This document shows, piece after piece, positions 1 to 14,786 of a stretch of DNA of 64,000 nucleotides. The stretch is from Kudoa neothunni. Its lineage: Eukaryota > Animalia > Cnidaria. Under the pieces are notes generated by a model. The model saw nothing but the letters and a program-made list of their open reading frames with translations, searched no databases and was not told where the DNA came from. Where the stretch lies: the NCBI GenBank assembly GCA_964304625.1, contig OZ199838.1:14448261-14512260 (forward strand), given 5' to 3'. The translations under genes and the position numbers were made by a program. The number at the start of each line of letters is the position of its first letter. The stretch's first letter is position 1.

Positions 1-110
1 GTGGTTTGGTTAGATGTCATTGTGTGGCGTTTTTTGTGGTGATGTGATGTGTGTTGCTATTCACCACATCGCATAATTTTTAACTATAATTGCAATCTGA
101 TTGTATTTAG

Positions 111-1336
111 GTGAACAGAATCAGTAGTTAATTCTACAAACTCCACCTGGAGAAATCAACGAAGTTGCAAACGGTAATTATTCTCTTTTTTTGGTCTTTT
201 GGTTTTTTTGATAACCACCATTCAATATTTGTAGATTTGAAGACGTTGATTGGTGAAACGGTCATATCGAATGATTGTTTGAATGCATTTGTACAGCATG
301 ATAATGAGGCTTTTATCGAGGTTAAAATCGATGATGGAAAACCTAATGTATGTGTGCGCCTCATCTACCCCTATAGAGCTTATCCATATGGATTGGTTTA
401 ACTCTTTCCTACTCAATTTCTTATTGTCTATGTGTTTTGTAGGCATTAGTCACCAAATACGGTCAAGTAAGTGGTGAGCCCAGAAAATATCAAGATCACA
501 CCAACAAAGTTGTGTTTCAGTACAATCACATCAAACAGAAAAAAGAAAGTCAATCTCCTTTTACCGTTCCTCCTGAAGTGGAGTGTGATCGAATCCTAAT
601 TGAAAATCATTTGAAAGCCTACTTGAAAGAATTTTATGAAAAGTGCAACTTTGCTGTGAGTGTCTAAACAGTGGTGTTCACATAATGTTGACGATTTTTA
701 AATAGGTCTATGGATTCGAAGATAAAGAACGTCCATTTGTTATTTGTACCGAAAGTCATATTTTCAAACCTAAAAATTTTTGGTATTTTTATTCGCACTA
801 GCTGAATTTTAGCTGATTGTTTAGGAATGGCCAAATAAAATCTCATTTCAATGTCACTGTGTCAGGCTCCAATATGACCATCAATGGAGAGCTCAAAACT
901 CATGTTATTTTTGCTTTTACGAGCTAAAATTATGCTTCCTTTATAGATTCATTACTATGAAGATGGTAATGTTCAAATGCTCTCTCTCAGATAGAAACGT
1001 ACAAACAACGATTCCTGTTGGGGTGATTTCTACAACAACTACGATGATTTAAATCCCCGAATCAATATAATTTACATTGTAGGACCCCGAGAATAATGCT
1101 AAGGAAATAGTAAAATTTATTAGAAAAGAAGAATCCTCCTACCAAGTTGATTGATCGATCATTTAGATCCATAACAATATATAATTGTTTAGGATGCTCA
1201 ACTCAACCAACTTACCGATATGATGGAGTCCACATTTAAAGCGTTAAGACGTCAACTTCCTATCACTCGTACCAAAGTTGACTGGGCTAACATTGCTGGC
1301 TACAGCATCGGTAAAAACATATCAGGAACCAAATAG
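111..1336 (+). CDS. CAPZA: F-actin capping protein subunit alpha, multi-exon; first exon lies upstream of the window
   Basis: Exons at about 111-173, 235-347, 443-655, 706-782, 825-903, 947-1022, 1083-1145 and 1193-1336 splice to ..[12 protein letters not shown].., ..[15 protein letters not shown].., ..[11 protein letters not shown].. and ..[21 protein letters not shown], all hallmark CAPZA motifs. Two indels (near 128 and in a CT repeat at 980-989) must be corrected to keep frame. Confidence 0.93.
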
Positions 1337-4300
1337 ATTCCGCTTTTTCTTTGTTGGTTGAGCAGATGATTATTCGCTGTTATCAAACCAACTCTCAGCT
1401 CCCTACACCTTTCTCTATGATATATTTGTTAATTCGATTCTTATTATTTTATTAATTTTTTGTTGCAATATTTTTGTGTATCAGCTAATTAATTCTCTTG
1501 TTCATGTAGTAGTCGTTTAAAGAATATTAGAATTTGTAAAATAATTATTTGAATAATTTTTCAATAATATTTTGTGTGTTTGTTTGTTGTTCCGCTATAT
1601 TGATGGATTGTCGGAGCGGAGCTTAAGATTTTTTAACATTTTTTGCATTAGAAATCAAATAAATTATGGTCACGTGGGCGTGTTAAATTTATTTTCTAAT
1701 TTATTACTATCTGTTATTTCCATCTCTAAAGTTCCACCTAATTATTATTACATATTCAAATTCACTGAAGAAAACTCTCCGTGTGAGCGAAGGGTATGTA
1801 TGTTCAGTGAGTTAACTTAACAGTCGAATATTTTGTGTCGAAAATTTTAAGTGTGGCCATGGTGGAAATTTATGATCCCAACCATTTCTTTTTTTATCCA
1901 ATATAAAAGTGAGGAGTTATTATTCGTAATAAAATTTTTACTCTAAATTGTAATGAAATCTGCAATAAAGTTGCTTGAAGCAGAGAAATTTTTCGATTAA
2001 GTATAATTTATTTTTCGGTTAATATCATCAAAATCAAAACAATTTGAATATTTTCATTAATTCGAAAAAAAATTGTTTTGTCGTGTTAATGTCTGTTAAA
2101 AGTTTCTTCAAATAAAATGACAACGTTTCAAATATGCATAATCAGATAGATAATATGGCAGAGAGACAAAATTAGCCGTTTAATACGGTGTTCAACAAAC
2201 ATCGTTGACCAAAGAATTGAACTATGATGAATAAAGTCAAGTCTCAGTGATTCTAACTTATAATTAGTTTCTTCTATATAATTACAAATTATATTGATGA
2301 TATTTTTTATGCTACATTATCATCATAAAATATATTTAATTATACATCCAAGTTTATATGTTAGTTCATTTATTATAATTTGATTTAAACAGCTATTGAA
2401 TGTTATAAATTAAAATACAGATTTGATTGAGTTTATCCAAGAATTTAATTAAATAAACGATTTATGAATTAAAGTTACTTATATAATTTAGAAATATTTA
2501 ATAAATGTGGATTAATTAATGTAACTTTTTAAATGATTTAAGTCAGATATATTCAACGGTGTGTATTATTAATGTTTAGATTTCAAACTGTATTACTTTA
2601 TAATAGAAATTTTTTCGTTATCGATGTTTTTATGAGAAGGTTTCGATGTAAGACGGATTTATGATTAACAATATTTGAAACAAATTGATGTGAAATGTTG
2701 GTTTAAGTTTTTTTCATTGTAAGAAGATATTGCTCAATTTATAATTAAGCTTAATTTAAATATTAAAAATCAAATAACAAATATTGTTTATGCCTAAGAT
2801 TTAACATAAGCGTAATCGCTAGTCTCTACGATTACCTTATCGATCTTCGTAATCCTTTGGTAGGAGATAAGAACCCCCCAAATTATATTTCTGTATGTTT
2901 TGGTATATATTTATCACATTAAAATTTTGCTAATATATTTAGAAATTAGAATTTTTGATATGGTAACTTAATTAATAATTCTAAAGAAATATAGAAAATC
3001 TTCTGCCCAACAAACATTTTTTATAAAGTAAAATGTTTTATGTACAGTTACATTAAAAGAACTTAAAGCCACAACAAAAGATTAAATAGATTCTATACAG
3101 GCATTGGCTATTGCAACGGAAATGCCGAATCCGCTCAAATCTTACTCATAAGCAGGCTGTACAAATTTAATTTTTTAGATTTTGTTTAATTAAATTATTT
3201 TCGATATATTCCCACGCTCTTGGGACAAGGAATGATTAAAAATAGTCATTTTAAGTATTGTTATTGTTACGCTACATCACTTTGAGATAAACGAGGCATA
3301 ACAGAATGACACAGATAATAATTTTATAAATAATTTTAAAATAATTATTCCAAGAACATTTTAAATATTTTAGTCTAATTCTTATTGAGTTTAATAGTCC
3401 TGGATAACTTAACTCCTTAGACATCCCCAAATACGCCACAAACTTCATTATGCAAAAATTCACCCTATCCAATTTTGATGTTACTTATTGTAACCCATGT
3501 CATTTAAAATTTAATCCGGGTCAACGTACATGTTTATTAAATAATGTTTGAATTATTCCACAAAAATTATTTATTAATATATTAATACTGATTCTTTATC
3601 ATTAATTACATGAAATTGGTAGAATACGAAAGGGCAGATAGAGAAAATTGACTGGCTACTAATTTACCTCTTATTATAATCTAATTATAAAATAAGAATA
3701 AAAAATTGTGGAGCAAAAAGAATATTAGTTTAATACAAAAATCAAATAATTGCGTATAATTTCGCTATTTCAAATTCGACTGTCGATTACTACGCATTAA
3801 TATAGATAATTCGTTTTTTTAGATTAAGATTATCACGAAACATAACTGCAGATAAGAAATCCGCGAATACTGGGAGTTTTCCATATATCGAATTTTGTAT
3901 TCATCTATTAACTAAATAATAATCGAATAAAAAATCGAAATAAAAATACTTATTATGGCACATTATTAATTCAAATTCTCAGATGGAATTTGGAATAACA
4001 TAAAATTAAATGATACAAACAAATGCCCTGAACAACTTGCGTTGCAAAGAAAACGGTCAAGATTTGTTCTCTACTTTAAATAACTGTAGCGATCATATGT
4101 TAAACTCAATACTCACCTCGGTATAATGAAAATGTTTTTACAGGATATAAAGAACTAACAATAAAAATAGATATAAAACTTGAATAAAGAATAAATTTAG
4201 ATTATAATGTGTGGACTCCTATGTATATACACGCGCTCAAAAACAAACCCCTCATGGCACAGCCACATTTCAAAACACTCAAGAAGAAAATTAGCAGAGC

Positions 4301-4663
4301 AAAGCATCTAACTCATCAAAAAATTGAAGAGCCAGTTCTCAGGTTCTCTGTTTGATTTAAATTTGAAACCCAGCATAACAACCGTTAAATGTCTGTCAAA
4401 CAGTCATTCGAAGATTAAACGACAACTGACCTGTTTAAAATTACTTCAAAAAAATTATACAATACTTCACCAGAAAGATATTATAAAAAATTTGTAGTTA
4501 TTTTCCTTCAGAGCAAGTTCTAATAAAAATATCACAAATCCTAGCGCAAAAAAAGTCATTTTAATCGTGTTAAAACAAAATTCCGACTATTTCACTCCAC
4601 GCAATAGACAAGTGGTTGATAAAAAATTCATGCACTCTATTTTTCATGTTATAGCTTGATAAT

Positions 4664-5438
4664 TTAATTAATGTATCTCTGACTTATATTACGCGCCTTG
4701 GTTTCGTATTCGTTTCTGTTTTGATTGTACATTTTTCTAATGTGAAAGTAACAATTAGAATGCATTCAATGCAATTTTATTATACAGCCGCATCTACATT
4801 GGCTGGACTTGCGAAATTCGGTTCTACAAACAATCAAATATCAATATCTGTCTAACTCCATTCAAATAATTGAATGTGTACACCTACCACACAACACATT
4901 GATCACAGATATGAGAACTTTTTCGATTGAAAGAACAGGCGACCACATTTCACTGGAATCAATGTAACCGGTTGGATCGCTAGTTTTCAGTATACTTATA
5001 CATATCTCGCCATTGGTGTAAACTAATGTTAGAAAATGTTCAATGTAGGGAATCCCCCTATCAATCTACCGTTTGGATGCCATATTTTTGATTTAAAGAT
5101 CAACTTGGGAGGTTGAATAGGATAGTTTTGTGGAAAGGATATTTCTATCTCCAATTTAGAACCTTCATATGGGGTACCTTCGGGTCCTCTAATTATACAC
5201 ATTGTGTGGTTCATTAAATGGAATCTAAACACCAACTTTGCACAGAAAATTATATTACCTTATATGTCCTGCCCATTGATACAAGTTGGTAAGGTCTTTG
5301 GGTCCAACTATACCCGAAAATTCGAAAATTAGCATCCATATTCACATTATTCTTAGATAATCAACTTGAGATGATTCCTTCTGGTAGATTGTTTGAAAGC
5401 TCCTTGTATTCATTGGCCAATCGTTTAGCAGAAAGCAT
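4664..5438 (-). CDS. UBE2G2: Ubiquitin-conjugating enzyme E2 G2 (Ubc7-like), multi-exon
   Basis: Reads MLSAKRLANEYKELSNNLPEGII.., GPEGTPYEG..FPQNYPIQPPKL.F..KIWHPN, the Ubc7-type acidic insert DPTGYIDSSEMWSPVLSIEKVLISV, and EPNFASPANVDAA. The last exon needs a 1-nt homopolymer correction at about 4732-4736. Confidence 0.88.
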
Positions 5439-6281
5439 CCTCAACAATGTAATGCGTTTTTAGAGATTTCCGAAAATTGGTATCGGAAATAATCGTCATA
5501 TAACTAAGTCTTTATTTGACACCCATTTAACTTTTATTAGGTTGTAGCAGTGGTCCATGGTGATACAGGAATTCTTCCTTGATAGGCAACAAACTGGAGT
5601 CACATTCACAGAAATACGACATTTTTTCTTAATCCTTTGAGAATATTCCAATACTAATTAGTTATGTTCGGCTCCGGTTGTAGCTTTTTTAGAAAAATAA
5701 TAATGTAGTAAGAATGCAAAATAAATTGTAGTTATCAGAACAAAATCTGATTTCAATATAGAGGTTCAGTCAATGGAACAATGGCAGGTTGAAGCAAGCA
5801 GCCGATTTGAATACTTTCGGGTAAAGTGCCATTAATATTATTTAGATTTTGTCTTTTTTAAACATTGTTATTGATTAATTCAGTCGATATATTTTTAAAG
5901 TTTATACGATCGTGAAGCTGCTATTGTAAAAAATTTTACGAGAGGGGTACTAATCGGTCGGACTTAACACATTTTCCTATCTATTATCTTATTACAATCA
6001 ATGAAGTATAAAATGAAACACTTTATTAATTTATTATAGGTAGAAAATTTATTAAAATTCCATAGAAATATTTGTGGTTAATAAAAATCAAATTGGAATT
6101 ATCATGAAATGACTTTTCTGGTAATTTTCATGACATGTACCAACAAAATTTGAATAAATATAATCAGCTCTTTATAAATACAATGAAAAGGTTAAATGAT
6201 GAATAAATTGATATTCTATTCACATTTATCATTAACCATTGTGATGAATAAATATTCAATTGTTATAAGACTATAATAAAT

Positions 6282-6320
6282 TACAATGGCTTATGGGTCG
6301 TGCGTAATCAAAAGAGAAAT
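6282..6320. repeat. Solo terminal inverted repeat fragment of the Tigger/pogo family seen at 48075-49914
   Basis: tacaatggcttatgggtcgtgcgtaatcaaaagagaaatt is close to the reverse complement of the element end at 49878-49916 (tacaaggacttatgggtcgtgcgtaatcaaaagggaatt). Confidence 0.75.
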
Positions 6321-8657
6321 TAACTTTCGAAGTATGTCAAAAACGACTATACATTGTACATCAGGCAATTTTGGCGTCCAGGAAGACCCTAGATTTTTAT
6401 TGTGTATTTTGATATATAATGTTGTGAAATACAATTATATTATCTAACAAAGTTTTTTATCGGCGCGACAACGAAACAATCATAAATTACGTGTAGATTG
6501 TTGACAGTCGAAGTTAGCCGATCTTTTATTAATTAATTTCAAATATTTAAATATTAATAAAATTCTTTTTAAATGTACTTTATGATTTTTTACAATGTTA
6601 TCTAGATACTTAAAGGATAGTAGAACTTATTAAAATTGCGATAATATCTTAAAATACATACGTTATCTTGTGGCAACATGATTCTGATTTTACCGATTGT
6701 TATAATTTTTTAATGAAATTTTTTATAATAATATAAATTACAATATTATATAACTGAAATTATTTAAAACATTAGGAAAATCGATCGTTACGAGCTCACC
6801 CATAGGCCAATCATTAATAATAAAATATGGATTAATAATTAATTATCAAATAATTAATATGATCCTTGACTAAGCGAAAAATGAATCAAACTTAATAATG
6901 AAGTGTATAATATAGAATAAAATATAGATTGCTAATCATTTTTTGGTACGCACTCGCAACAAATAATTCTCGAAAGTTTGTTGCAACAGTATTTGGAACA
7001 GCTATAACATTGATTCTTTGTTTTTGTTTCGGATAATCGAGCGCATAAGCTACATCGTTTTTTTCGTCGTAGATTCCACGGTTTCATCAGCCAAAATCAG
7101 TACAGTTGGGTCGCTAACGGGCTTCAATAATAAGTCTGCAAGTTGTACTAAATAATTGCTTCTACAAATATTAGGTTTATTAAATATCGTTTTATATAAA
7201 TAAAACGAATTGAGAAAACTTATATCAAGTATATTATAAAAAAACCACAGACCATCTTCTGGTGTATCTTTTAATGCTAGTCATGGACAGGATACGATCT
7301 ACCTTATCCACACCACCTTTGGTTTTGTTATAATCAATTATCACCTGGGGCTTTTTTGCCTTCTCTTGGCATAAATTGACATTATTAGAGGATATAACCA
7401 ATAAAATAACCACTTTGTTCCTTTTTGAAACATATAACATCATTATTGTTTTCCATGAAAAATGAATATAGAACTAAAAATCTCTCTCGATTTCCTGGCT
7501 CTAAGAATTAATGGGATATCTCGTTTATTATGGCGGATAGTCCCCAAAAGAGTTAAACCGAGGTAAAAAAATTGTTATAAACAATGTTTCTTCCAGGTCC
7601 TTTTAAATGTGACGAGAGCTCGAAAACGACTTTTTCACCAACACATTTGGTAATTTGGTTATTGGTTCTTCCAAGATAAACGGAATTGTTGTGTGTATAG
7701 TTGGTATGAAGGTCGGTTAAAAGAAAGAATTTAATGTCATAAACTGCAGATTTAGATGGCATATACTGTTTAACGGGACACCTGCCCCTAAACACAACTA
7801 ATTGTTCATCGACAGTAAGATCAGCAGAAGGAACTACACACATCGGCAAAATACTTATCCATGTATTGAAAACATCGGTTACTGGGAAAAACTTATCATT
7901 TTCTCGTCTCAGATTCCTTGTCTCATAATCATCAAAAAAAGACATCTATATAATGACATAATCCTACGAAAAATGTCACGTCCTTTATTCAAACTCCATA
8001 ATTGCTTAAGAGATTCCATTTTAGATTTGAAGATTGAGATATATATAGGAATCTCTATATATAATTTAAATTTCAGTATATATATATATATATAGATCTT
8101 TCCATTTTCCCTCGTAATGAAATGCACCAAATTTGTTAGTGTGAATAATGACAGAATTGAAAAACTCATCATCAATAAAAATAGAAAAACAATCCTATAA
8201 ATAGCAAACTCGGGATATTGCAAATGCAGTTAGGTCTGTAGACTTGTTTAAGATGTTTCCTTTTTTAACTTTTGTATTCGAAGGCGCAACTGAAAACCAT
8301 AGCACATTGTTTTAGTCCCTATACATGTTAATGATGCCATCATCTTCTGAACTATCAGAGCTGGACGAAGAGAAATATTCTTCAATAATATCTTCAATTC
8401 CACTGGGACCAGAGTCATCATTTGTTAGGAAACCATCATATAATTATTCCTTTTCTAACGGCCGATGACAATCGGAATCGCTCGTTCAATAACGGAAATA
8501 TAAACCTTGATTTTTCTCAATATTTGGTGGTTGTAACCTTTCAAAATTATAATATTTTATTTTTTATAATTTTATGAATGTTTTTATAAAATAAAAACGT
8601 GGGGCCCTCTTGGACTCCAAAACTGCTCGGTGCAAGTATTCGACATAAAATCTTAAC
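6320..8657 (-). mobile_element. Degraded piggyBac (PGBD) element
   Basis: Transposase fragments LTVDEQLVVFRGRCPVKQYMPSK (7553-7945) and IIDYNKTKGGVDKVD..RRWS (7234-7443), plus a Cys-rich C-terminus near 6950-7060. Inverted subterminal repeats ttttggcgtccaggaagaccc (about 6369) and ggggccctcttggactccaaaa (about 8601). Multiple stops and frameshifts. Confidence 0.9.
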
Positions 8658-8899
8658 AAACAAAAAAATCTTAATTTTAAAATTAAATTATGAATATATA
8701 GAAACTTTTAAAAGAATGATGATATAATTGGGCAGTATGACGTACTTTGAAATCAATATCGCGATTTTCGACTACTATTTTAAAAACTGAGGCACGCGCT
8801 GCATAAAAGTTTATTACCGAGCCCAATGTCAATGAAACAAACATAAATATAACTTGTTTATAAAATTTTCGTCTGGAATATAATATTTAACACATTCTC

Positions 8900-9335
8900 A
8901 TCCTTTCAAAAGCTAGGTTAAATTTATAACTTTCGATCAAATATTTTAATTTTGAGAAACTTCTTTCCACGGCTGTAGGTGGTAGCGGTATACGCACCAA
9001 ATCTTGGCCAACCTAGACAATACGAAATACTTTGATTTATTTATTCTTCAAATCCAGGACCTATCATTTTATCATTTCTATGGAGTGAAAGTTTCAAAAA
9101 CGCCTGTTGTGGAATTCTCGATGATTGACGTTAACGACTCTTGGTATATTTTTGGGGGTCATTTTCCTCATGTAGACCTGTTTATTCGGCTATACAATTG
9201 TCAACCCCTTTTCCCTTGTTGCCCATAAGTAGACTCAAAATAATCAACGAATTATCTCGATTTTAATCGAATAATGTAAAAATCTTTTTAAAATTCATCG
9301 TTTATTGATTTTAATCGAAAATTACGGCCTCTACT
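8900..9335 (-). mobile_element. Internally deleted hAT transposon remnant
   Basis: Minus strand about 8935-8995 encodes IPLPPTAVERSFSKLKYLI, the hAT C-terminal dimerisation motif. A TAGAGGCCGTAATTTTCGAT end lies at about 9333 and a related end at about 14564. Confidence 0.6.
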
Positions 9336-12300
9336 TATAATAGATCATTGTCTAAATGTTATGTCTGACGCATGCGCGCTCGATTTTCGACTTATGTGCA
9401 ACTCCATCTGTTGAAATGTTCATTTCTTAATTCAATTCATTCATTTATAAAAAATCAAAGAACACGTTAATTTAAAATTTGATTAGTAAAAGTCTTTTTA
9501 GTGATTAATATCAGATATTTTTCTTGAGCGGAAAGGACTGTATATTTTTGACATTATAATCTTCCAGTTTTACTTTCAAATTTGTTGTAATTATTTTTAT
9601 CTTGATAAATAAAAATTTTTATGTGTAACTTTCTAGTTCACAATTCTTTGCGTAACTTTTTATGATAATAATAAAATCAGAAAATAAATATAATATACAA
9701 TATTACCTCGAATTATAACTTATAAGATAAATGTCAATTAACTTATCGGATATATTTCTATAATAATGTAAAATATTGTCCTGCATACTTTTTACAATTA
9801 TTTATGAATTTGTTGGAATAATTCATAATAATTTAAGCGTCAACCATTAAGAACTGAATCATTGTCAGTATATTTAAATAAAATTAAGTTTTAGTTTTAT
9901 AGATATCTTAATTAGATTTATTGGAAATGAGTTGCATGCTAATATGCTTTGAATCATCAAAATGGTTGGTATCTTTCTTGTGAACAAAATTATAGTGACT
10001 TTTATCTGTTGTAATAAGATCAATATTAATCATTGTTTCTTTCTCGGCTATTAAAAATCTCAGGAAGATTTTTCGATTTAAGAAACTTAAATATATATAT
10101 GTGTATGTATATGTATATATATTTCACCTTGCGTTATAATTTTATTGAACGAAATAACTTTTAATTGAGTATGATTTTAAAAAATTGTTATTGCATCAAA
10201 CATGGATTTTAACGAAACATAACTCCTCGTTAATTTAAATTCTCTGACATCTCATCATATTGGATGCTTAGATGTGTAATTTAGGGGGATAATCAACTTA
10301 AAAATTTAGATGGTTTCTACACGTTAGCATATTACTAAAAATCTATAAGTTTTAATCAGAGTTTATTTTTTTTTTCCATATTCATTTTTAAAATATTTCA
10401 CTATATACTTCAAACAATTAAAATTTTATTCAAGGCTTTGATGAAAACGTCAACTAAGCTATTTAAGCCACGATATATCGATTCTTTATTGTGATAGGTA
10501 AAGAGTATTTTAATATCTCATGTGAACATGAATAAGTACTATTTTTATTATGTCAGTAATTACGTCATATCTTTGTATTAGAAAAAAAATTGAGCGAGAT
10601 ATTATAATAAAAAATACATAATTAACATTATGAAAGTATGATAATTATTTTTCCTCTATTAGAAGTTTCAGAAAACCCTAAATATTACGAAATATTCTAA
10701 TATTACAGAAAAATTATCATATTTAGATTGTATGTAAAGGTTAAATTGCGGTCTCGTTAATAATTATTTTATTTTCAATATAATGAGTTTTTGGTCTCAT
10801 CATATCTTTTAAGACACGTAAAAATGATTCAGTACAGTAAACCTCATATTCTAGAATCTAGATGGAGATAGGAACCACCATGTATTGTGTATAAGTAAAG
10901 CACGTCAAAAGTCGATTACTATCAATAAAGTGTTCGCTTTTACATTTATTTCAAAATAATAGTATATTTTCTTGTAGAAAATCTTAAAACATCATGTTTT
11001 AATTTAGAATCTTGCAATCTCGACAGACTACCGGGATGATTAAGGAAGATACGTAACATCAAATGTGGAATCTAATTTTGTGTAAACCCGTTATTTAAAG
11101 AGAAAATTATATTACAAAAGTAAAAATTTACTTAAATATCTACATTATATTTATATTTAAATAATCATATATTTTTCTAAAATAAAGTAAAAGTTAGCAG
11201 AAATATGCTTTTCATCTGCTACATTTATAAATAAATATTTTTCAAAAATGCTGGTTAATTTAATTATGTTTTACATATTTAAAATAATTATACAATGGGT
11301 GACGAAATGTGGAACAGAAAAAAATTGAACTATAAATTTAAAAGAGAAATATGAAATAATAAAGTTTTTCACAAACCAACGAAGGCGTGGAGCGGAAACA
11401 ATGTTGAAAACGACGCCAATATTAGTGATTTTATAGGCGATGAGAAATGTAACAAATATGACAATTTTGACGGATTAGACGAATGAGAACAACAAATTAT
11501 TCCATTCAAAACTTTTTCTCTTGTCTTTCTGATTCAAGACATTAGTTGAAATATAATGGGTAAATAATTATAAATATCCAACGGATATTGAACGAGAAAC
11601 ACACAATAAAAATTTTTTAAACAACCTAAAAATATTACTACAACTGAGTAATTTCATCCAAAATAATTAATTATTATAGTTGATTTATAACATTGTTTCC
11701 TCCTTAATATCGCGCGCGAAATCTTAGAAATTACGAACCACATGTATCGTGCATATGTTCGTAATTTTTTCTTAATCCCAATGGGATTAGGAAATCACTC
11801 GTCACTAGGCCTTTAAAAAGTCGGGGGTGATTATGTGTTGAAGTGAGGATTATTAAAAATTTGGATAGGGATTTCATGATTCCAACGTTTTGTGGTTGTT
11901 ACTAGTTTTTACAGACATTTTGATAGCTAATGCATCTCAGTGAATTTAATGTATTAGGTTAAAACGCTTGAAAAATTCAACCACACAAAATTATTGAAGC
12001 AGATTATAAAATATGACGAAATATTTCACTTTATATTCAAAAACTAAGTAATAAATATTTATTTTTAGAGTTTACACCATTTTTATATTGATGAGATAGG
12101 TAATAAAAAAATGCTCTGGACTTATTGACGTCTGTAATTAATTTAAGTCGAAATTCTCCAAAATTGTATATTTTCATTTGTGACGATTACACTACTTTAA
12201 AGTTGATTTTATTTAGAAAATAATTATTTAATATTTTTTAATAGTTACTTAATATGTATAAATTAAAAGATAACTTAATAAAATAAATTAAAAATTTTCA

Positions 12301-13412
12301 GGTTGGAATTTTGAAACAAATATTGTTATGAAAAATTTTTTAATCATGAATAAACTACCCAAAAAAATTTATAAACTAATAACCACATTAAGAAATGCTA
12401 ACGTTAAATTGAAACACCATCGTTCTAATTTATAATAGAATAAATTAGAAAGTTCTGTTTTTATATACAGAGTCACAATATTGAACATTTACAAACTTAT
12501 TACCAACAGATACAAAGAAAAAAAATTCAGTGAACAATTAACGACTTCAAATTTGTTAAAATTATAGAGAAATAATAATATTTTTGATGTATTTATCAAC
12601 AACATAGAGATTCCGCGTGAATCCGAACGCGCACTACTTAAGATTTATTTCCAGTTAATGGGGTAATTTTTTTAGATGTGAATTCAACTACATAATGTAA
12701 TTTTTTGTGATAAGAACAAACATGGAAAAGCTTTTGAAAAAGGAGTGAATTAACTGGGTGAATTGTAGGAAATGACAATCTTTCCGATTTTGTATGCGAC
12801 ACCGCCCGAAATTCTACACAGATACTGCAGTACTGTAGTTTAGCTGATATTTTAAAGAAATAAAATAGTTTATTCCAACAATTAATGCACTGCTGAATTT
12901 TGATAAGAAAATGTCTCCTAACATTGAATACAAAAATCCACTGTGAACGAATCCCTCAATCTTGTTAATACACTGAGTTAATCTCATCGAAATAGAGGAT
13001 AATCCTTATACCCTCAAAATTTCGAGAGTTTAGAGAATTTTCGAGGGTCGAGGATCCTCGATTCTTTGAAGCCCTACCCGGCACCCACTGTATTAACTTT
13101 TCGTTATGTATCGATATTACATTGAATTTTACTACTATGCAAACTTTCAATTATGTTCTCAGTTTCTAACAGATAACACATTACTCCTTTTTAACTAGTT
13201 GTTATGTAGACAAGAGTCGCGAAATTTACACCAAAAAGTTTCTTTTGTTTTATACATTTTTTGAATACGTCGATATTTGCTAAAAAAGTATGTCACGCAC
13301 GAATTAAATTCACCTAAATAATTTATTCTGTTTCTCGTAACGACAATTACAAATCTTTTTTTACATTTTTGGTATAGCACAAAATTAAGGTTACAAAAAT
13401 ATGTGAATTTAT

Positions 13413-13724
13413 TTAACCCTAGAAAGTTCGCCAAAAATATTTCCACAAAATGTCATTTCTCATTTTTAGTTAAATAAACTATGAAAAAACTCTTTGTGAG
13501 AATAAAGAGGCTTTATTTGATCAATTTATACTTGGACCAAAAAAGGGACCCATTGAGCCTTTGTGTAACTTATTGAAAAATCTGAGAAAAAGCATATACA
13601 GGATGAAAAATTTTTGTTGACTCATGTAAATATAATTACATAAAATTTATGATATAATTTTATAAGCATTTAATATTAATTAAATTTTGGACCGAAAAGA
13701 GGCCGCCGAGCTTTCTAGGGTTAA
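13413..13724. mobile_element. piggyBac-type MITE
   Basis: TTAA-CCCTAGAAAGTTCG ... CGAGCTTTCTAGGG-TTAA: terminal inverted repeats with a TTAA target duplication and no coding capacity. Confidence 0.88.
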
Positions 13725-14786
13725 GTAAGATACTGATTGAATTGTAACCGATATATTTGTATTGGAAATCACGTAAAATTGATGGAGATGGAATGTCGTT
13801 TCATGAATGTTATTTTACTGAAAGATAACTTGCTGGGAAAATTCATGTAGGAATCACGAAATCAAAAATATTCAATTAACTGAAATGAAGGCGTAATAAA
13901 AAAAGCCAATAATTGCGTAGTGTTTCGTTAATATGTATTCGACGTTCAGCTGTCAATAATGAACTGAATAATAACATTTTTAGAATTAAAATTTTGGCGA
14001 AACGTAATTCCGAAAACTTAGGGTTTATTACATATCCATTTTCAAACGATAAAAATCGGAACCTAACTAGAGATTAGTTTGAAATCTAACGGATGCGCAA
14101 GTTGGAATAAACTGAAACACGTGATGGAGTTTAAATGATGACGCGCATGGGTAAACGCGAGGAGCAGAATGTTGACTAGGGCGTGCACTCGGCTGGTAAT
14201 TAACTACTATATTAAACTTTTATGAATGCCACTATTATTATTTACTATTATTATTTATAGCTGGGTGCTATAAACAAACAATTTTGTGCCAGATATTCTA
14301 CTAAATCTAGATCCTATGGGTTTGAGGGTATTGCAGATACTGTTGTTTTTTGCGCTAATAATCTGTATCTGATCGCAAATAGATTCATGGAGGGGTATGG
14401 GAGTTACAGATAATAAAAGTTTATTTTTCTGCCTTATTTTTGTGTAATTTAATTTTTAGAAATTGAATACGAATACAGCGATTACGTTCGTAAAGTTATT
14501 AATAGAAAATTAATGAAGAAATTAGGTAATCAAATTTTGGAGTTGTTCTAGTGTTAATTCGTAATAGATGGCCGTGATTTCCGACCCAAAAATCAACCTT
14601 ACATTCGAAATAAGAGATATGTGAATGATATCGATTAAAGCTGAAGTTCATTTTATTTTTGAATAATTTTAAAGTTGATTATAGGGGTAGATAACTTGAA
14701 TAAACTTGTTTATTTCATTTTTAAGTATGTTTCTGCAAATTTTTTATTTTTGCGTTGCTTGCATCATTATCTCTCGCTCGCTCCCA

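Noticed and set aside
111-1000. Alternative genetic code (stop reassignment), suggested by in-frame TAG/TAA in CAPZA exons
   Set aside because: Homology continues in a different frame after each stop, so these are indels. TAA, TAG and TGA all serve as normal terminators in other genes here.
5540-5950. Exon-like fragments, including LYDREAAIV resembling a GTPase segment
   Set aside because: Could not be spliced into an open frame, and the similarity is too short to call.
12465-13092. TA-CAG...CTG-TA bounded Tc1/mariner-like remnant
   Set aside because: The two ends do not form convincing TIRs and no transposase motif was found.
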